Part shown: in pieces, positions 59,101-64,000 of the stretch
Layout of the letters: every line of letters starts with the position of its first letter
How positions within the stretch are numbered: position 1 is the stretch's first letter
IMG/VR virus record: IMGVR_UViG_3300020190_000010
Span: 1-64,000 of that record
Reading direction: 5' to 3' (one strand)
Length of the DNA stretch: 64,000 nt
From: a virus
Notes under the pieces: generated by a model
Databases searched by the model: none
Seen by the model: only the letters and a program-made list of their open reading frames with translations
What the model was told of the DNA's origin: nothing
Translations under genes and position numbers: made by a program

Positions 59101-62100
59101 AGGAAGTTCTGGCATATCAGGTTCAAGTGGAACTTCTGGTTCATCAGGTTCATCAGGAAGTTCTGGCACATCAGGAAGTTCTGGCACATCAGGAAGTTCT
59201 GGCACATCAGGTTCATCAGGAACTTCTGGTTCAAGTGGAACATCTGGTTCATCAGGAACATCAGGTTCATCCGGAACATCAGGAAGTTCTGGCACATCAG
59301 GTTCATCAGGAAGTTCTGGTTCAAGTGGAACTTCTGGTTCATCAGGAACATCAGGAAGTTCTGGCACATCAGGAACATCAGGAAGTTCTGGCACATCAGG
59401 TTCATCAGGAAGTTCTGGTTCAAGTGGAACATCAGGTTCATCAGGAAGTTCTGGTTCAAGTGGAACATCAGGTTCATCAGGAACTTCTGGCACATCAGGA
59501 AGTTCTGGCACATCAGGTTCATCAGGAAGTTCTGGTTCAAGTGGAACATCAGGTTCATCAGGAAGTTCTGGCACATCAGGTTCATCCGGAAGTTCTGGCA
59601 CATCAGGTTCATCAGGAAGTTCTGGCACATCAGGTTCATCAGGAACTTCTGGTTCAAGTGGAACTTCTGGTTCATCTGGTTCATCTGGTTCAAGTGGAAC
59701 TTCTGGTTCATCAGGTTCATCAGGAAGTTCTGGCACATCAGGAAGTTCTGGCACATCAGGTTCATCAGGAAGTTCTGGTTCAAGTGGAACATCAGGTTCA
59801 TCAGGAACTTCTGGTTCAAGTGGAACTTCTGGTTCATCAGGTTCATCAGGAAGTTCTGGCACATCAGGAAGTTCTGGCACATCAGGAAGTTCTGGCACAT
59901 CAGGTTCATCAGGAACTTCTGGTTCAAGTGGAACATCTGGTTCATCAGGTTCATCAGGAACTTCTGGTTCAAGTGGAACATCAGGTTCATCAGGAACTTC
60001 TGGTTCAAGTGGAACTTCTGGTTCATCAGGTTCATCAGGAAGTTCTGGCACATCAGGAAGTTCTGGCACATCAGGAAGTTCTGGCACATCAGGAAGTTCT
60101 GGCACAACAGGTTCATCAGGTTCATCAGGTTCATCGGGAACTTCTGGTTCAAGTGGAACATCTGGTTCATCAGGTTCATCAGGAACTTCTGGTTCAAGTG
60201 GAACTTCTGGTTCATCAGGTTCATCAGGAAGTTCTGGCACATCAGGAAGTTCTGGCACATCAGGAAGTTCTGGCACATCAGGTTCATCAGGAACTTCTGG
60301 TTCAAGTGGAACATCTGGTTCATCAGGTTCATCAGGAACTTCTGGTTCAAGTGGAACATCAGGTTCATCAGGAACTTCTGGTTCATCAGGAACTTCTGGT
60401 TCATCAGGAACTTCTGGTTCAAGTGGAACTGCAGGAACAAGTGGCAGTCAAGGTAATATAGCCGGTATACAATACAGATTTGATAATTCATCAACAACTG
60501 GCACAGGATTGAATAGCGGTAAGTTTAGATTTAATTCAGCAACTCCATCATCAGTAACACAATTATACATACATAATTTTGATGTTAATACAGTTTCAAT
60601 GGAAACATTTATTGAAACATGGGATGATTCAAATTCAACTCAAAAGGGATATATCTTAATTAGAGGAAATGAAAATAGTGATACAACCGTAATAGTTTTT
60701 GAAGTGACATCATTGGATAATATAGGTGGTAATCCTTCTGCAACAGGACTTGAAATAAATGGAACTATTTTGAATGCTGGGACTGCAACTTTACCAAGTT
60801 CAAATGAACAATGTGCATTACAATTTAGTAGAACTGGAAATAGTGGGACATCTGGATCTTCAGGAACATCTGGTTCATCAGGAACTTCTGGTTCATCAGG
60901 TTCATCAGGAACTTCTGGCACATCTGGTTCATCAGGAACTTCTGGTTCATCAGGTTCATCAGGAACTTCTGGTACATCAGGTTCATCAGGAACAAGAGGA
61001 ACATCTGGTTCAAGTGGAACTTCTGGTTCATCTGGTTCATCAGGAAGTTCTGGCACATCAGGAAGTTCTGGCACATCAGGTTCATCAGGAAGTTCTGGTT
61101 CAAGTGGAACATCAGGTTCATCAGGAACTTCTGGTTCAAGTGGAACTTCTGGTTCATCAGGTTCATCAGGAAGTTCTGGCACATCAGGAAGTTCTGGCAC
61201 ATCAGGAAGTTCTGGAACATCCGGTAGTTCTGGAACAAGAGGAACATCAGGAAGTTCTGGAACAAGAGGAACATCTGGTGTTCAAGGGGATAAGGGTGGT
61301 TTGGAATATAATTTTAACACAACCACAAATACCATTCCTAGCTCAGGACAATTTAGACTAAACAGTGCAACAATATCAAACGGTTCAACCTATACTCTTT
61401 CAATAAATTCAACAAATGCTGATAGTGCATCAGTTGGTAGTTATTTGGCTACATGGGATGATTCCACTAGTTCAACAAAAGGATTTATCATAATTAGAAG
61501 TAATAGCAATGAAAGTTCACTTCTACTCATATTTAGTGTATCTACATTAAACATAAGTTCACCGTATTATCAATACACAGTAACTTCTATATCAGGAACA
61601 ACACTTCCATCAAATTCTGAAAAATGTGTAATTGAATTTTATAGAACAGGTGATATAGGGAATGCTGGTATAACTGATTTACAAGTTTATACAAATGGAT
61701 CCAACTATTGGTCAAAACCAACTGGTGTTAATAAAGTTGATATTATACTAATAGGCGGTGGCGGTGGCGGTGGATCAGGAGCATTATGTGGAACTTCTCC
61801 AGGCCGTAAATTATTTGGCGGAGGTGGCGGTGGTGGTGGAGCAATAACATTTGCTACTGTTAGGGCATCGGATTTAGCTGCAACTGTATCTTATCAAGTA
61901 GGAAGTGGAGGAAATGGTGCTGCTCCTGTAACTGCAGCTACTGCAACTGATGCTATTAATGGTAATAATGGTCAATCTGGCGGAAAATCTATATTTGGTA
62001 GATTTATTGCTCCTGGTGGTATAAACGGTTCTAGAGGAATAACTACTGATCAAGGAACATATGATTTTCCTTTTGCCGGACTAGGAGGCGGATCTCAAGT

Positions 62101-62728
62101 TAGAGATGTAAATAAATACAATGTATCAGATACACAAACCAATTGGGGGACCATGGGTGTTGATGTATACAGCGGTATTGCTATAGGTGGACTTGGATTT
62201 ATTCCAGGAATTGCTGGTGGGACGGGAAGAGTGATTGTATCAGCCAATCAAAACGAAACTCCAAATGATACAAACGCTAACTCTAGACATAATGCTCCGG
62301 TATATTTAATTGGTTGCACTGGCGGTGGAGGTGGCGGTGGTTCAACCGGTGAAACGGGTGAAAGAAATGTTGCAGGTGGAAATGGTGGTTCTATAATTGC
62401 ATCAAATCCAAATGGTACTATTAATAACAACATTGCATCGCCATTTTATGGATTGGATCAAGTTGGTTTATGGAAAGGTGGATTATCTACAACTACTGCA
62501 GCAACTGCTAGTGCAGGTGGAGCATATAGTGGTTCATTATTTGTAAAAATAGGTTTAGGTGGCGGCGGAGGATGGAAACGGAATAATTTAGACGGAGCAC
62601 AAGGGGGAGCCGGTGGCGATTTTGGCGGAGGTGGCGGTGGCGGTGGATCTGCAATAAGTGCAAATGGTCGTAAATCTGGTGCCGGTGGTAAAGGCGGTAG
62701 TGGTGTAGTTGTTGTTATTTCATATTAA
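56171..62728 (+). CDS. giant tail fibre-like protein with (S/T)SG repeats and Gly-rich C-terminal domain
   Basis: Globular N-terminus, two triplet-repeat blocks, duplicated TWDDS domain, WSKPTG..IGGGGGGG tip. Confidence 0.8.
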   Translation: MLEKKRLPRKYIDVKTTFTDSNNKSPNILDLKFIPDVFTAGKNIFKIKPNKKVVSSKFPIDIEILDKNGNPIYHEVLESREKTDLINVSVYVYETVPAGECTITILATVTVDRTGRPLTKSNIKKYNYKYNHKLSVDPKKQNESEIIYSKVPEVSIKEKTFSVIEEINTPTKLDVKSGYANYELKEDGTPRLTARTDLFNSDFVNGKITFGSLATGYRPTVQTSSFQYTSSVDKVVGPRQLNLKDAVYITGSDGIYRKLSSVSNQPYQIEYYKSPTIRNITQNVKTYAQIDISGLDPEVGNSSRIKVFARSAVKPNQSYELIYDERVLQNNRLVDTSSKFIDHPIGIFAKNVTVKSAGTQVTYQLNSSASYWKAVSVNGAPSANITTGSVANDETFVGISTVVASPLTGIQEIFVEQTSSAATEFYDDSVYNLKFDYTIRPSKSDSRTPKFRVYVTGSAFANNSEYGRLVADIPIGRIFDNKVNKDYTVKLPVVKNGTGIVRFLVNDGIRLSNIRIQEDVDFGFTPNRTTIYAPLKQDHRNEYLDFKIQFFNDSLKESNVSASFTNAFFVGGNSYIYGGTNIITGSTFISPYTSSGVQLYANIQAGTSGSAIQSYGYSGVNNAIQNPSTPSHFGWGLTQGNPHSQSVNTFSETNINMINECGSIFDFRATPSNFIFTMIGSSSFLVGSSGSYNPTFGTAGAAGTSGCDPICDESYIKWDGCEVTIYNANVISSSFVGTSGIGGTGTSGTSGTDGLNGTSGTSGTSGNNGSSGTSGLDGTFFGSSGSSGTSGSSGSSGTSGSSGTSGTSGSTGTSGLDGTFFGSSGTSGTSGTSGSSGTSGSSGSSGSSGTSGTSGSTGTSGLDGTFFGSSGSSGTSGSSGSSGSSGSSGTSGTSGSSGTSGLDGTFFGSSGTSGTSGLDGTFFGSSGTSGSSGTSGSSGTSGSSGTSGSSGTSGSSGSFGSSGTSGSSGSSGTSGSSGSSGISGSSGTSGSSGSSGSSGTSGSSGTSGSSGTSGSSGTSGSSGTSGSSGTSGSSGTSGSSGTSGSSGSSGSSGTSGSSGTSGSSGTSGTSGSSGTSGSSGSSGSSGTSGSSGSSGSSGTSGSSGTSGTSGSSGTSGSSGSSGSSGTSGSSGSSGTSGSSGSSGTSGSSGSSGTSGSSGTSGSSGTSGSSGSSGSSGTSGSSGSSGSSGTSGSSGTSGSSGSSGSSGTSGSSGTSGSSGTSGSSGSSGSSGTSGSSGTSGSSGTSGSSGTSGSSGTSGSSGSSGTSGSSGTSGSSGTSGSSGTSGSSGSSGSSGTSGSSGTSGSSGTSGSSGTTGSSGSSGSSGTSGSSGTSGSSGSSGTSGSSGTSGSSGSSGSSGTSGSSGTSGSSGTSGSSGTSGSSGTSGSSGSSGTSGSSGTSGSSGTSGSSGTSGSSGTSGSSGTAGTSGSQGNIAGIQYRFDNSSTTGTGLNSGKFRFNSATPSSVTQLYIHNFDVNTVSMETFIETWDDSNSTQKGYILIRGNENSDTTVIVFEVTSLDNIGGNPSATGLEINGTILNAGTATLPSSNEQCALQFSRTGNSGTSGSSGTSGSSGTSGSSGSSGTSGTSGSSGTSGSSGSSGTSGTSGSSGTRGTSGSSGTSGSSGSSGSSGTSGSSGTSGSSGSSGSSGTSGSSGTSGSSGTSGSSGSSGSSGTSGSSGTSGSSGTSGSSGTRGTSGSSGTRGTSGVQGDKGGLEYNFNTTTNTIPSSGQFRLNSATISNGSTYTLSINSTNADSASVGSYLATWDDSTSSTKGFIIIRSNSNESSLLLIFSVSTLNISSPYYQYTVTSISGTTLPSNSEKCVIEFYRTGDIGNAGITDLQVYTNGSNYWSKPTGVNKVDIILIGGGGGGGSGALCGTSPGRKLFGGGGGGGGAITFATVRASDLAATVSYQVGSGGNGAAPVTAATATDAINGNNGQSGGKSIFGRFIAPGGINGSRGITTDQGTYDFPFAGLGGGSQVRDVNKYNVSDTQTNWGTMGVDVYSGIAIGGLGFIPGIAGGTGRVIVSANQNETPNDTNANSRHNAPVYLIGCTGGGGGGGSTGETGERNVAGGNGGSIIASNPNGTINNNIASPFYGLDQVGLWKGGLSTTTAATASAGGAYSGSLFVKIGLGGGGGWKRNNLDGAQGGAGGDFGGGGGGGGSAISANGRKSGAGGKGGSGVVVVISY
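58375..61290 (+). repeat. 9-bp-unit low-complexity coding repeats in two blocks (~58375-60450, ~60835-61290)
   Basis: TCAGGAAGTTCTGGCACA / TCTGGTTCA variants; GLDGTFFG interruption x5. Confidence 0.95.
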
Positions 62729-62739
62729 AAGAGACATTT

Positions 62740-63315
62740 ATGGCACAATACGGTATACAAAATATATCAACATTAGATATTATCAATATAATAGAAACCG
62801 ATGATACCGGAAGTATTATACTTGAATCTGGATATCAATTGTATTCGGGATCACTATCAATGTGGTCAGAATCGTATGAAAACTATACAGAAACATATCC
62901 ATCATATACTGGATCATTTACGGGTTCATTTAATGATTACTCTGGATCTCTTGGGTGGTTAGACAATTTTGCATCTTCATCTAGAACCGGTTCATATACT
63001 GGATCATTTACGGGTTCATTAAATGGCACTGCTTCATATGCAGGAACATCATCGTATGTATCAAGTATAAAATCAGGAGTAATTTCAAGTGGTGAATGGA
63101 TAATTGACATGACAGGTTTTAATTATACCGCTTCTGTTGCATTTTCATCAAGTTACTCGACCATTGGATATTCTATTACATTAACACCTGAAACTGATGT
63201 TCGTTCATTTTCTATAACAAATAAGAGGATAGACGGGTTTAACATTGATAGTAATTCTGCAACACCAATGACCGATGATGTATATTGGATAGTGGTTCCA
63301 TATAATAATCCATAA
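62740..63315 (+). CDS. small virion/fibre-associated protein
   Basis: SYTGSFTGS x2; C-terminal H-lectin/gp53-like pattern (VAFSSSYS..GFNI..VYWIVV). Confidence 0.65.
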   Translation: MAQYGIQNISTLDIINIIETDDTGSIILESGYQLYSGSLSMWSESYENYTETYPSYTGSFTGSFNDYSGSLGWLDNFASSSRTGSYTGSFTGSLNGTASYAGTSSYVSSIKSGVISSGEWIIDMTGFNYTASVAFSSSYSTIGYSITLTPETDVRSFSITNKRIDGFNIDSNSATPMTDDVYWIVVPYNNP

Positions 63316-63375
63316 AAAATTCATGTATTAGCAGTTTTTTTATATTTATATGAGAAAACTAATGAGAGAGAATAA

Positions 63376-64000
63376 TTGCCAAGTTCACAAAGAGACCTAA
63401 CCAATCTATTTGTTTCCGAGTCTTATTATAGATTACTTCAAACGGATCCTGTTGATGACTCAACACTTCTTGATGGAACTGGATCTCTTGTTACTTTATT
63501 AGCTGTATCTGGAACTGTTGATGCTTACTATTTTAAGGGTGACGGTTCACAATTAACCAATATCGGTGCGGCATCATTACCTAATGGTGTAGTATCTTCA
63601 TCCGTTCAAACCATTTCACATCTTGTTGGAACAAATGTAATATCAAGTTCTGCTCAAAGAGGAGTGCTTGGTCTTGCTACAACGGATTCACCAATATTTA
63701 ATAACCTTACCCTAACTGGTGATTTAACTGCTAGACAGTTAATTATTTCATCATCGGTAATAAATGTAACCCAATCATTCAGTAGTGGTTCAACTATATT
63801 TGGTAACGATATACTAGACACCCATCAGTTTACAGGTTCTGTACTTGTATCTGGATCATTATATGGAACATTTGTTGGTGATGGTAGTGGTTTGACAAAT
63901 CTTGTTGCTGCTGGCACAATATCATCTTCACAACAAATACAAAACTTTGGATTTATTACTTCAAGTGTTTGGGATGAAATTGTAAATAAACCAAGTGGAA
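63376..64000 (+). CDS. tail fibre protein (partial, runs off right edge)
   Basis: TTG start after TATATTTATA; open frame with FKGDGSQLTN, SGSTIFGND..DTHQFTGS, GDGSGLTN. Confidence 0.75.
   Translation, partial: MPSSQRDLTNLFVSESYYRLLQTDPVDDSTLLDGTGSLVTLLAVSGTVDAYYFKGDGSQLTNIGAASLPNGVVSSSVQTISHLVGTNVISSSAQRGVLGLATTDSPIFNNLTLTGDLTARQLIISSSVINVTQSFSSGSTIFGNDILDTHQFTGSVLVSGSLYGTFVGDGSGLTNLVAAGTISSSQQIQNFGFITSSVWDEIVNKPSG

Noticed and set aside
58375-61290. Possible CRISPR array or ice-nucleation protein
   Set aside because: No constant repeat with unique spacers; the repeats are in-frame coding triplets and lack the InaZ AGYGST octapeptide
58102-61361. Long alternative-frame and antisense ORFs (724, 766, 511 aa and others)
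   Set aside because: Shadows of the 9-bp periodic repeat, which lacks stops in several frames; they start and end with the repeat
1-64000. Stop-codon reassignment, as in some large phages
   Set aside because: Long genes are intact in the standard code; TAG (21205, 56169) and TGA (21900, 22267) end genes directly before the next start

Overview
This window is a 64 kb segment of a large, AT-rich, T4-like (myovirus-type) phage genome read with the standard genetic code. The host is most likely in the Bacteroidota/Chlorobiota group, based on TTTG-N19-TAnnTTTG promoters and DUF4494- and Fib_succ_major-like genes, although many genes also carry Shine-Dalgarno sites. 1-13.3 kb is mostly leftward: small early genes with a shared leader motif, two tRNAs, and a MoxR AAA / VWA / zincin module. 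13.4-23.4 kb is rightward and accessory or metabolic: NAGPA-like glycosidase, lytic transglycosylase, ThyX, glycosyltransferase, UvsE, ClpP and a gp55-like late sigma factor. 23.4-51 kb is a baseplate/tail module: an LRR-extended spike, GH19 and M15 hydrolases, gp25- and gp6-like wedges, and five paralogous tail-collar-like proteins. 51-56 kb holds a resolvase, a primase and a fused SbcD-SbcC. 56-64 kb encodes fibre proteins, including a 2185-aa protein with very long (S/T)-S-G repeats. The most notable unexplained signals are regulatory or structural: a terminator-loop RNA complementary to the shared early-gene ribosome-binding leader, a boxA plus 5'/3' UTR pairing around the transglycosylase, clustered 27-bp palindromes, capsid-targeting-like N-termini on ART and GNAT enzymes, and a pervasive [ST]-[GAS]-S motif in virion proteins. 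All family calls are from motif recognition by eye; no searches were run.
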